Shown piece by piece: positions 1-8,525 of a stretch of 64,000 bases of DNA (position 1 is the first letter of the stretch; each line of letters begins with the position of its first letter). The notes beneath the pieces were generated by a model that was not told the origin of the DNA, ran no database searches, and worked only from the letters and a program-made list of their open reading frames with translations. Origin of the DNA: an uncultured delta proteobacterium (GTDB lineage: Bacteria > Myxococcota_A > Polyangia > Haliangiales > Haliangiaceae); contig CAVXTW010000015.1 in assembly GCA_963764695.1 (NCBI GenBank), positions 285,845-349,844 on the forward strand, given 5' to 3'. Made by a program: the position numbers and the translations under genes.

Positions 1-446
1 ACCAGGGCCAGATCAACCTGCAGGGCATCAACGTGGTCCGCGTCTTCGGCAAGTCCGGCCGCGCGATCCTGTGGGGCGCGCGGACGACGGCCACCGACAC
101 CAACTGGCAGTACGTGAACATCCGCCGGCTCTTCCTCTATGTCGAGGAGTCGATCCAGGAGGGCATCGCCTGGGCCATCTTCGAGCCGAACAACCTCCAG
201 CTGTGGCAGAAGCTCAAGCGCACGCTCAACGAGTTCCTGGAGCGAGTCTGGCGCGACGGCGGGCTCTTCGGCGCGACGCGCGAGGAGGCCTGGTACGTGA
301 AGATCGACGAGACCATCAACCCCTTCTCGGAACAGGCTCTCGGCCGCCTGCACATCGAGATCGGACTCCGCCCGACCTATCCGGCGGAGTTCATCGTGGT
401 GCGCATCGGCATCTGGCCGGGCGGCAGCGAAGTCACCGAGTCCTGA
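1..446 (+). CDS. Contractile tail sheath protein, C-terminal fragment (5' end outside window)
   Basis: Open in frame from position 3 with a stop at 444-446. The C-terminal sequence (TTATDTNWQYVNIRRL...WYVKIDETINPF) is typical of phage/eCIS sheath proteins, and a tube gene follows immediately. Confidence 0.8.
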   Translation, partial: QGQINLQGINVVRVFGKSGRAILWGARTTATDTNWQYVNIRRLFLYVEESIQEGIAWAIFEPNNLQLWQKLKRTLNEFLERVWRDGGLFGATREEAWYVKIDETINPFSEQALGRLHIEIGLRPTYPAEFIVVRIGIWPGGSEVTES

Positions 447-469
447 ATCCCCACGCCCCGGAGATAGAA

Positions 470-907
470 ATGGCAACCGGCCAGGTCAAGGACCCCTACG
501 GCAGCTTTCGGTTCACCGTCGAGATCGACGGCATCGTGCGCGCCGCCTTCAAGGAGTGCACCGGCTTCGACTCCAGCTGCGAGGTGAAGGAGTTCCGCGA
601 GGGGGGCGAGAACACGACGGTGCGCAAGCTTCCCGGGCTCACCAAGTACAGCAACATCCAGCTCAAGTGGGGGTTGTCCGACGACAGGGACCTCTACGAC
701 TGGCACCGCGAGGTGGTGAACGGCGACTTCGAGCGCAAGAACGGCTCCATCGTGCTCTTCGATCGCAAGGGCGACGAGGTGGCGCGCTGGAACTTCGTGC
801 GCGCGTGGCCGACCAAGTGGGACGGCCCGGACCTCAATGCGGAGACGAGCGACATCGCCATCGAGCTCATCGAGCTCGCCCACGAAGGCATCGAGCGAGC
901 CAGCTGA
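470..907 (+). CDS. Contractile-tail tube protein (gp19/Afp1/Afp5-like)
   Basis: 145 aa starting MATGQVKDPYGSFRFTVEIDG, the conserved phage tail tube motif. Internal ATG at aa 134 of ORF 71..907. Sits 24 nt after the sheath stop. Confidence 0.9.
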   Translation: MATGQVKDPYGSFRFTVEIDGIVRAAFKECTGFDSSCEVKEFREGGENTTVRKLPGLTKYSNIQLKWGLSDDRDLYDWHREVVNGDFERKNGSIVLFDRKGDEVARWNFVRAWPTKWDGPDLNAETSDIAIELIELAHEGIERAS

Positions 908-953
908 GCCCCGATGTCCGCGATGTCCACACTCAATCGATGGAGCACCAGCC

Positions 954-1319
954 ATGGCCTTCCGCACCGAGTTCGAATTCAACCTGCCGTGCGGCTTCCT
1001 CGACGAGGACGGCACGCTGCACCGCGATGGCGTGATGCGTCGGGCCACCGCGGCCGACGAGATCCTGCCGCTCAAGGACCCGCGCGTGATCAAGAACCCC
1101 GCCTACCTGGTCGTGATCCTGCTCGCGCGGGTGGTGACCAGACTGGGGGGCGTGGAGCCGATCAACCCCGCGGTCATCGAGCGGCTGTATGCGACCGATC
1201 TCGCCTATCTGCAGGGGCTGTACAACGAGATCAACCAGCTCGACGCGGCCCGGGAACCGATCGTCTGCGATCACTGCCAGCAGGAGGTGCAGCGGCCGGT
1301 CCCCGGCCTGGGAACATGA
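954..1319 (+). CDS. Hypothetical small protein with C-terminal CxxC...CxxC; tail-assembly-chaperone-like by position (P2 gpE position)
   Basis: Internal ATG of ORF 837..1319 preceded by GGAG. Lies between the tube gene and the tape-measure-like gene. The 4-nt ATGA overlap with the next ORF suggests translational coupling. Confidence 0.5.
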   Translation: MAFRTEFEFNLPCGFLDEDGTLHRDGVMRRATAADEILPLKDPRVIKNPAYLVVILLARVVTRLGGVEPINPAVIERLYATDLAYLQGLYNEINQLDAAREPIVCDHCQQEVQRPVPGLGT

Positions 1320-1477
1320 TCGGCTACCCCCTCGAGCTCTTGCTCGAGGAGGTGGCCTTCGTCGCCTACCACTTCCACTGGCCCCACGAGGAGGTGATGG
1401 CGCTCGAGCACGACGATAGACGGGGCTGGGTCGCTCGGATCTCGAGCATCAACCGGCGGATGAACACTGATGAGTGA
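1316..1477 (+). CDS. Small hypothetical protein (53 aa) coupled to the upstream ORF
   Basis: Its ATG overlaps the stop of the previous gene (ATGA). Protein-like sequence MIGYPLELLLEEVAFVAYHFHWPHEEV. Position matches P2 E' / tail-assembly cofactor. Confidence 0.4.
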   Translation: MIGYPLELLLEEVAFVAYHFHWPHEEVMALEHDDRRGWVARISSINRRMNTDE

Positions 1478-2213
1478 ACGACCGCATGGCGCCGTGCGCA
1501 CGGCCACCTTCGTGGAGCGGCTGCTGGCCCGGTCGCGGCCGCGCGCGGGGCACCGGAGCCCGCTCGAGATGACGCTCCGGCGAACCGCGCCGGCCGTGGT
1601 CCGGACCATCGTGCAGCGGGCAGCGCCGATCACCGTGTCTCACCACCACGCCGGACCCGTGATCCACGTCGGAGTCGCGATGCAGGTGGCTGCCCGCGAT
1701 CGCGCTCCGGCCGAGCCCGCGCGCGCGGACCGGGCGCCGGTCGTGCGCAACGTGCTCAGGACCGTCGTGGTCCGCGACCTGCCGCGCATGTCGCCGATCG
1801 CTCCGAGGTCTGCCATGGCCCCGCTACCGGCGCCCATCGTGCTGCGCCCGGCGTCCCGCCCCGCCGAGCAGACCGCCGTCACGCATCCCGGCTCCCCGCC
1901 CGCGTCCACCGTCGTGACGACGGTCCGTCGAGAGGAGCGCGTGCGGGTCGAGACCGTGGTGCGCCGGGGCGTGGTCGATGCTCGGACCTCCTCGACCTCC
2001 CCGACCTCCGCGGTCTCGCCTTCGACAGCGGCTGCCCGGCGAGGCGAGGTCGCGGCCGAAGCGCGCCGCCCCGCGCCGGTGGAGCCCACCCGCGACGCAG
2101 CAGCCGGTCGGCCTCCCGGAGGCCGAGATCGGACGGCTCACCGATCGCGTGGTGCAGCGGATCCAGCGCCGCGTGAACACGCAGCGCGAGCGGATGGGAG
2201 GGCGCTGAGATGA
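1470..2213 (+). CDS. Pro/Ala-rich tail tape-measure-like protein, apparently frameshifted; true end probably 2208 in the +1 frame
   Basis: Frame 0 (1470..2213) is a low-complexity P/A/R-rich linker whose last ~40 aa look like nonsense. Frame +1 (1978..2208) ends in an amphipathic basic helix (LPEAEIGRLTDRVVQRIQRRVNTQRERMGGR) placed 1 nt before the next start codon. It occupies the tape-measure position between the tube/chaperone genes and the baseplate hub genes. Confidence 0.45.
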   Translation: MSERPHGAVRTATFVERLLARSRPRAGHRSPLEMTLRRTAPAVVRTIVQRAAPITVSHHHAGPVIHVGVAMQVAARDRAPAEPARADRAPVVRNVLRTVVVRDLPRMSPIAPRSAMAPLPAPIVLRPASRPAEQTAVTHPGSPPASTVVTTVRREERVRVETVVRRGVVDARTSSTSPTSAVSPSTAAARRGEVAAEARRPAPVEPTRDAAAGRPPGGRDRTAHRSRGAADPAPREHAARADGRALR

Positions 2214-2896
2214 CGCTCGAGAAGGCGACCCTCACCAACTCGGTCACCGGCAAGCGCATCCCGGTGCAGTTCAACCCGGAGGAGTACAGCGTCCAGCGCG
2301 ACGTGAACTACGCGCAGTCGACCATCCCCGGACTCGGCGCGCCGCTGCTCCAGTTCGTCGCCGGCAACATGCAGACGCTCGAGATGGAGCTCTTCCTCGA
2401 CACCTACGAGGCGCACAGCGAGGGGTCGGCTGTGCTGAACGAGGCCGGCAGCGACGTCCGCGACCTCACCCGCAAGGTGACCGACCTCATGAGCATCGAC
2501 GGGACCACGCATGCCCCGCCGGTCCTGCTCTTCGTCTGGGGATCGCTGTCGTTCACCTGCGTCCTGGCCCGCGCGACCCAGAAGTTCACCATGTTCCTGG
2601 GCGACGGCACGCCGGTGCGCGCGACGCTCCAGGTCACGTTCAACGAGTTCAAGAACGTCGATCTCGAGGCCAAGGAGATCAAGCGCGAGACGGCGGACTA
2701 CTCGAAGACCTGGGAGGTCCACGAGGGCGAGACCCTGGCCGCCATCGCCCACGCCGAGTACGGCAACGCGAAGCTCTGGCGTCCCATCGCGCTCCGCAAC
2801 GGCATCGACCGGCCGCGTTCGCTCACCGTCGGCCAGCGGCTGATCGTGCCCCGGCTCCCGTATCGCGACCCCGACACCGGCGAGGTCTACCCGTGA
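2210..2896 (+). CDS. LysM-domain tube initiator / baseplate hub protein (Afp7/gp48-54-like)
   Basis: Tube-like N-terminal domain plus a C-terminal LysM (HEGETLAAIAHAEYGNAKLWRPIALRNGID...GQRLIVP). Confidence 0.85.
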   Translation: MTLEKATLTNSVTGKRIPVQFNPEEYSVQRDVNYAQSTIPGLGAPLLQFVAGNMQTLEMELFLDTYEAHSEGSAVLNEAGSDVRDLTRKVTDLMSIDGTTHAPPVLLFVWGSLSFTCVLARATQKFTMFLGDGTPVRATLQVTFNEFKNVDLEAKEIKRETADYSKTWEVHEGETLAAIAHAEYGNAKLWRPIALRNGIDRPRSLTVGQRLIVPRLPYRDPDTGEVYP

Positions 2897-4134
2897 CGCT
2901 GGGCCCGCGCTACGTGCCCGACTTCTCGCTCACCATCGACGGCGATCCGATCCCGTCCGAGCTGCGCGCGTCGATCTCCGGCATCACCCACGAGACCGGG
3001 CTCGAGGGCGCCGACCGCGTGGACATCGACATCGTCAACGAGCGGTTGCGCTGGCTCGACCACCCGCTGCTCGCGCTCAACACGGACGTGAAGCTGTCGC
3101 TCGGTTACCGCGACGGGGCCATGGAGCAGCTCTTCGTCGGCGAGATCGTCGGCCGCGAGTGCAGCTTTCCCTCGAGCGGCGTCCCCACCCTCCGCGTGGC
3201 GTGCCAGGACCGGATGCACCTGCTCCAGGAAGGCACCAGCACGCTCTCGTACGGGATCCCGATCCCGTCCTACGGCAACGTCCCCTTGCCCGATATGGTC
3301 GTCGCCGGCGCCGTGAGCGCGATGAACCTGCTCGTGCCGGCCTTCGATCCGGTGGGAGCGGCGCTGTCGATCCTCCTCGGCGGGCTGCAAGTGGCCGCCC
3401 TGGCCGACAAGGACGACGCACAGAAGTTCATCCGCAAGCAGGAGGGCCAGAGCTACTTCGACTTTCTGTCCATCGTCGCCCGCGAGAACGGCTGGGAGAT
3501 GTCCATCGACCACAGCGGGCCGCTGGGCGGGTGGATGCTGCGCTTCTCGTCGCCCCTGGCACACCTCAACGCCGACGTGACGCTCGCCTACGGCCGTTCG
3601 CTGATGGAGTTCACGCCGCGGCTGACCACCGTGGGCCAGGTGGCGGCGGTCAGCGCGAACGTCTGGGTGCCGATGGTGAAGCAGACCTTCACCGTGACCG
3701 TGGGCTGGGACTGGGACCGCGCCCAGCTCACGCTGAGCATCGCCCTGGCGGGCCTCCCGATCCCGACCACTCCGCCCGGCAACATCGAAGCGCGGGTGCA
3801 GTCGGTGTACCTGCTCGACCAGCCGGTCACGCTGACCACGGCGCCTCGATACATCGTCGGGACGCTCATCCCCAAGCTGAACGAGCGGCTCACCGGCTCG
3901 GGGAGCACCGTGGGCGATCCGCGGATCCGCGCCGGGACCGTGCTCCGCCTCGAGGGGCTCGGCGAGGAGTTCGGCGGGCTCTACCGAGTCACCCAGGCCA
4001 CTCACACCCTCGACAGCGGCGGCTATCGCACCAGCTTCGACGTGCGCAAGGACATCTGGTTCGGCTCCATCCCCAAACGCGAGCAGGGCGCCTGGCCGGT
4101 GGACTGGGTCGATCCGGCCGGCGCGAGCGCCTGA
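2893..4134 (+). CDS. Baseplate hub, phage late-control gpD / gp27-like (VgrG N-terminal module, Afp8-like)
   Basis: 413 aa with a GLYRVTQATHTLDSGGYRTSFDVRK-type gpD signature. Start overlaps the upstream stop. Confidence 0.9.
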   Translation: MTLGPRYVPDFSLTIDGDPIPSELRASISGITHETGLEGADRVDIDIVNERLRWLDHPLLALNTDVKLSLGYRDGAMEQLFVGEIVGRECSFPSSGVPTLRVACQDRMHLLQEGTSTLSYGIPIPSYGNVPLPDMVVAGAVSAMNLLVPAFDPVGAALSILLGGLQVAALADKDDAQKFIRKQEGQSYFDFLSIVARENGWEMSIDHSGPLGGWMLRFSSPLAHLNADVTLAYGRSLMEFTPRLTTVGQVAAVSANVWVPMVKQTFTVTVGWDWDRAQLTLSIALAGLPIPTTPPGNIEARVQSVYLLDQPVTLTTAPRYIVGTLIPKLNERLTGSGSTVGDPRIRAGTVLRLEGLGEEFGGLYRVTQATHTLDSGGYRTSFDVRKDIWFGSIPKREQGAWPVDWVDPAGASA

Positions 4135-4161
4135 GAAGAAACGATCGGAGAACGGACGACC

Positions 4162-4818
4162 ATGCTGCCAGAGCTCATCTCCAGCCTCATGCGCCCGGCG
4201 CCACCCGAGACCAGGAAGGTGTTCGGCGTCGTGGTGGCCACCGTGGTCAACAACGTCGACTCGACCATGGAGGGGCGCGTGCAGATCCACCTGCCGTGGG
4301 CGCCCGGGCTCGATCCGTGGGCGCGCGTGGCGGCGCCCATGGCCGGCATCCTGCACGGGGCCTACTTCATGCCGCAGTTCGGCCAGGAGGTGCTCGTGGC
4401 CTTCGAGGGCGGCGATGTCGGTGCGCCCTTCATCATCGGCGCGCTGTGGAACACGGTGGACCGCCCGCCCATCCTGGCCCCGACCGACGCCGTGACGAAG
4501 CGGGTGATGCGCACGCCGCTGGGGCACCAGATCGAGTTCGACGACGCCACCCAGATGCTCACCATCACCTCCACCACGCTGCAGAAGATCACGCTCGATC
4601 CGGCGCGCATCGAGCTCTCCGCCGGGATCGGCGCGGCCACCGTGCAGGTGACCACCGCCGGGACCGTGACCATCACGGCGTCCACCAGCATCGAGCTCAA
4701 CGCGCCCAGCATCACGGTGAACGGCGCGACCGCGGTGACGATCCAGGGCGGCACGAGCGCGACCTTGAACGGCGGCGCCCTGTGCACGGTGCAGGGCGGC
4801 CTCGTGAAGATCAACTGA
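4162..4818 (+). CDS. Spike protein, gpV/gp5-like (VgrG C-terminal beta-helix module)
   Basis: 218 aa with an OB-fold N-terminus and a C-terminal repetitive beta-helix (ITVNGATAVTIQGGTSATLNGGAL). Confidence 0.85.
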   Translation: MLPELISSLMRPAPPETRKVFGVVVATVVNNVDSTMEGRVQIHLPWAPGLDPWARVAAPMAGILHGAYFMPQFGQEVLVAFEGGDVGAPFIIGALWNTVDRPPILAPTDAVTKRVMRTPLGHQIEFDDATQMLTITSTTLQKITLDPARIELSAGIGAATVQVTTAGTVTITASTSIELNAPSITVNGATAVTIQGGTSATLNGGALCTVQGGLVKIN

Positions 4819-4834
4819 TCGAGAGGAGCAGGCC

Positions 4835-5116
4835 ATGTCGATCGCAGCGCGCGTCGGAGATCTGTCGGCCCACGGGGGCGTCGTCGTCGGCCCCGGTGTG
4901 CCCACGGTGCTGATCGGCGGGCTGCCGGCGGCAGTGGCCGGTGACTTCCATACCTGCCCGGTGGTCTCGGGCGTCGTCGCCCACGCGTCGACGCCGTTTC
5001 TGGCCGGCAGCGCCACCGTGCTGGTGGGCGGCAGGCCGGCGCTGCGCGCGGGGGACTTCTGCGCCTGCGGTGCGCCGATCGCCGGCGGGGCCGCCAACGT
5101 CCTCATCGGAGGCTAG
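4835..5116 (+). CDS. PAAR-domain spike tip protein
   Basis: 93 aa, Gly-rich, with conserved PAAR-like motifs (GDLSAHGG, GLPAAVAGDFHTCP, PALRAGD). Confidence 0.85.
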   Translation: MSIAARVGDLSAHGGVVVGPGVPTVLIGGLPAAVAGDFHTCPVVSGVVAHASTPFLAGSATVLVGGRPALRAGDFCACGAPIAGGAANVLIGG

Positions 5117-5118
5117 CG

Positions 5119-5529
5119 ATGTCGAGCGCGACGGATCCACGTGCGTTCCTCGGGGTCGGATGGTCCTTCCCCGTCGTGCTCGGGGCAGACGGCGACGTGG
5201 CGCTGGTGAGCCACGAGGAGGATGTCCGCCAGGCGATCCTCCTCATCCTCGAGACCGAGCCGGACGAGCGGGCGATGCGGCCGGACTTCGGCGCCGGGCT
5301 CCGGGCGCTGGCCTTCGAGCCGCTCAGTACCAGCACCATGGCGCTGGCCCGCCACCGCGTGGAGACCGCGCTGGTCACCTGGGAGCCGCGCATCGACAGC
5401 ATCGAGGTGAAGGCGATCGCGACGCCGAGCAAGGGCCGGCTCGACCTCGACATCCGCTACCGCGTGCGCACGACCAACACCTTCTACAACCTGGTCTACC
5501 CGTTCTACCTGCAGGAAGGGCGGTCGTGA
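5119..5529 (+). CDS. Baseplate wedge protein gp25/GPW-like (Afp9-like)
   Basis: 136 aa lysozyme-like GPW fold signature (LGVGWSFP...DVRQAILLILETEPDERAMRPDFGAGL). Confidence 0.9.
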   Translation: MSSATDPRAFLGVGWSFPVVLGADGDVALVSHEEDVRQAILLILETEPDERAMRPDFGAGLRALAFEPLSTSTMALARHRVETALVTWEPRIDSIEVKAIATPSKGRLDLDIRYRVRTTNTFYNLVYPFYLQEGRS

Positions 5530-8525
5530 GCTGCAGGCCCTCCAGGCCCGCTGTCGATGCGCGGGGGCGTGCAGCCATCGAGACGGAGCTGCGGGCGAAG
5601 ATCGCCGGTCACGTGCCGGGCTGGAGGCCGGGCCCGGGCTCCGCGAGCGGTGCGCTGCTCGAGGCCTTCACGCACCATCTCTGGCTCCTCGCCGCCCGCC
5701 TGGGCGAGGTGCCGGCGCGCAGCAAGCTCGCCTTCCTCGACATGCTGGGCACGCAGCTCCTGCCCGCGCTCTCGGCCCGGGCACCGCTCGTCTTCAAGCT
5801 GATGGAGACCGCGCCGTCGGCGGTGATCGTTCCGGAGAACACCCGGATCGCAGCTCCCGCGGCCCCCGCGCCGGCGTCGCCGCTCGCGGGATCGAGCGAC
5901 GCGAGGGCGCCCTCGGACGCGGTGGTGTTCGCCACGACCCAGTCGATCAGCGTCACTCCGGCCGCGCTGGCCGCGCTCTACAGCATCAGCCCGGCCGACG
6001 ACGCGGCGGCCGATCACGGCGCTGCGCTGGCGACCGGCTTCTCGCTGTTCGATGAGGCCGGGGCCATCGAGCACGTGCTCTACCTCGGCCACGACGCCCA
6101 CTTCGCGGTGCAGGGCGCGGTGACCATCCGCGTGTCCTTCCGAATGATCGCCTACCCGGCCGAGGCCGTCCGACAGGATCTCGCGCTGAAATGGGCCTAC
6201 CTCGCCGACGGCGACTGGGTGTCCTTGACGGTGGCCGAGGACGGCACCGAGGGCCTCACGCGCTCCGGCACCGTCACGCTGACCTCCACGTGCGGGCCGG
6301 CGGCGACTCTCGAGACGATCGGCGGCCACGAGACCTACTGGCTCCGGGCTGTCCTCGAGACGCCGCTCCCCCCCGAGGGCGCGGGAGGCGTGGGGCGGCT
6401 CCCGGCCGTGGACCTCGTCGAGGTGCGGGTCGAGTTCGCGACCAGCGGCGTGGTGCCCGACGCCGCGTTCACCGACACGGCGCCGGTTGACACGTCGAAC
6501 CGCTTCTGGCCGTTCGGCCGCCGTCCGGCGCTGCACACCACCTTCTATGTCGCGTGCGAGGAGGTCTTCGCGCGCAAGAACGCGAGCGTGACCATCTCGT
6601 TCCAGCTCTACGCAGGCGTGTCCGCAGATGGCAAACCCGAGCTCGACTGGGAATACAACGACGGGACAGCGTGGCGGACCCTCGGGTCAACCAGCCTCGA
6701 CGACGGTACCGCCGCTCTGACCGCGGCCGAGGGGGACGTCACCTTCACCTGCCCCGATGACTGGGGCCAGACCGAGGTGAACGGCACGAAGGGCTACTGG
6801 CTGCGCGTGCGCCTCGGCTCCGGCAACTACGGCGAGGAGATGAAGCTCACCGCAAGTGCCGACGGAGTGGTGAACCTGGACCCTGCGACGTTCGATCCGC
6901 CGGTCGTGACGGCGCTCGAGCTGGCCTACGTCTACCAGACCGAGCCCGAGCTGGTCAACCACTGCGTGACCTACAACGCCTTCGTCCACACCGATCAGAC
7001 CGACGCCTGCCGGCTGGCGCGTTCCCCGTTCGAGCCCTTCGTCCCGGTGGACGAGCTCGTTCCCGCGGTCCACTTCGGCTTCGACCGGGCGCTGCCCAGC
7101 GGCCTGGTCAGCCTCTACGTGCACTCGGCCTCGGAGGAGGTCATCGGCGAGGAGGGCGCGGCGGTGTCGCCCTACGTCTGGGAGTACCTCGGTGTGCGGG
7201 GCTGGACCGAGCTGGGCGTGCTCGACGAGACCGAGGGCTTCCAGCGGAGCGGGCTCATCCAGCTGGTCGGTCCGGGCGACATGATCGCCACTGCCGGCCT
7301 CGGCGGCTCGCTCTACCGGATCCGGGCGCGTCTGGTGCGCGGGGCCGTGGCGGAGGCGACAGCAGTCGAGGGCGTCTGGCTCAACGCCGTCTGGGCGACA
7401 CATCGCGAGCTGGTCTCGGGCGAGTTCCTGGGACAGAGCGACGGCAACCCGGGCCAGAGCTTCGACCTCGTGCGCGCGGTGGGGACCGTGCTCGAAGGTG
7501 AGGTCATCGAGGTGCGCGAATGGCGCGGCCAGGGCGCGGACTGGGAGACGGCAGCCGAGGGAGTCGACCAGGCCGATCTGCGCCTCGAGACCGATGCGGC
7601 CACCGGCGAGGTGACCGCGGTCTGGGTGCGCTGGCACGTCGTGGACCACCTCTACGACTCGGGCCCCGAGGACCGTCACTGCACGCTCGAGCGGAGCGGG
7701 GCCATCCTCCGGTTCGGCGACGGCACCTACGGCCGCATCCCCGCGGCAGGCTGTCAGGTCGCGGCCACCTACGACAGCGGTGGCGGTCTGGTCGGCAACG
7801 TGGAGGCGGAGACGATCGCCGAGCTTCGCGCCGGCGTCGCCTTCCTCCAGTCGGTGACAAATCCGGTGGCGGCGGCGGGCGGCGCCGAGGCCGAGACCAC
7901 CAGCCGCGTCGATGAGCGCGGGCCGCAGCGCCTCCGCCACCGCGATCGCGCCGTGACACCCGAGGACTTCGAGTGGCTCGCCCGCGAGGCTTCGCCCGCG
8001 GTCCATCAGGCCCGCTGCCGGTCGCTGGTCGGCCCGGAGGGCTTCGCCCGGCGCGGCTGGGTGACGCTGGTGGTGGTCCCGGACGGTCCCGAGCGCGAGC
8101 CCTCGCCGACGGCGGAGCTCCTGCGCCAGGTGCGTGACCACGTGGCCGCGCGCTGCCCGGCGGCGGTGGCCTCACGCATCCGCGTGTCCGGGCCGGTCTA
8201 CGTGCCGGTGACGATCATGGCCGAGGTGGTGCCGCTCGATCCCGAGCAGGTGGCCATCGTCCAGGCCCGCGTCCGGGCGAACCTCGACGCCTTCCTGCAC
8301 CCGGTCACCGGCGGTCCGGACGGCACGGGCTGGAGCTTCGGCGCGCCGGTCTACGTCTCGCAGCTCGCGCAGGTGGTCGAGGCGGAGACCGAGGGCGTGG
8401 ACTACTGCCCTCACCTTCGCGTCGCGGTGCGGGGGGCGATGGTCGAGGAGGTCGTGCGGGTGGGTGAGAACGCCCTGGTGAGCGCCGGAGACCACGAGAT
8501 CACGATGTCACTGGGGAGCGACTGA
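5526..8525 (+). CDS. Baseplate J-like protein (gp6/Afp11-like), large
   Basis: GTG start overlapping the gp25 stop (GTGA). ~999 aa in ORF 4941..8525. N-terminal baseplate-J domain. Confidence 0.8.
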   Translation: MSCRPSRPAVDARGRAAIETELRAKIAGHVPGWRPGPGSASGALLEAFTHHLWLLAARLGEVPARSKLAFLDMLGTQLLPALSARAPLVFKLMETAPSAVIVPENTRIAAPAAPAPASPLAGSSDARAPSDAVVFATTQSISVTPAALAALYSISPADDAAADHGAALATGFSLFDEAGAIEHVLYLGHDAHFAVQGAVTIRVSFRMIAYPAEAVRQDLALKWAYLADGDWVSLTVAEDGTEGLTRSGTVTLTSTCGPAATLETIGGHETYWLRAVLETPLPPEGAGGVGRLPAVDLVEVRVEFATSGVVPDAAFTDTAPVDTSNRFWPFGRRPALHTTFYVACEEVFARKNASVTISFQLYAGVSADGKPELDWEYNDGTAWRTLGSTSLDDGTAALTAAEGDVTFTCPDDWGQTEVNGTKGYWLRVRLGSGNYGEEMKLTASADGVVNLDPATFDPPVVTALELAYVYQTEPELVNHCVTYNAFVHTDQTDACRLARSPFEPFVPVDELVPAVHFGFDRALPSGLVSLYVHSASEEVIGEEGAAVSPYVWEYLGVRGWTELGVLDETEGFQRSGLIQLVGPGDMIATAGLGGSLYRIRARLVRGAVAEATAVEGVWLNAVWATHRELVSGEFLGQSDGNPGQSFDLVRAVGTVLEGEVIEVREWRGQGADWETAAEGVDQADLRLETDAATGEVTAVWVRWHVVDHLYDSGPEDRHCTLERSGAILRFGDGTYGRIPAAGCQVAATYDSGGGLVGNVEAETIAELRAGVAFLQSVTNPVAAAGGAEAETTSRVDERGPQRLRHRDRAVTPEDFEWLAREASPAVHQARCRSLVGPEGFARRGWVTLVVVPDGPEREPSPTAELLRQVRDHVAARCPAAVASRIRVSGPVYVPVTIMAEVVPLDPEQVAIVQARVRANLDAFLHPVTGGPDGTGWSFGAPVYVSQLAQVVEAETEGVDYCPHLRVAVRGAMVEEVVRVGENALVSAGDHEITMSLGSD

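Noticed and set aside
1978-2208. Programmed +1 translational frameshift in the tape-measure-like gene
   Set aside because: This remains possible. However, 11 or more comparable single-nt breaks occur in unrelated genes (rtcB, NRPS, FG-GAP, CheY, fibre, wedge), so an assembly indel is the more economical explanation.
2887-5106. 739-aa minus-strand ORF (and similar long antisense ORFs 6687..8141, 8646..10415, 12841..15678, 20389..21078, 26047..27999, 31205..33316, 42711..44621, 46867..48723)
   Set aside because: These are typical high-GC antisense open frames: Arg/Ala/Gly-rich low-complexity translations, no domains, and complete overlap with well-supported genes on the other strand.
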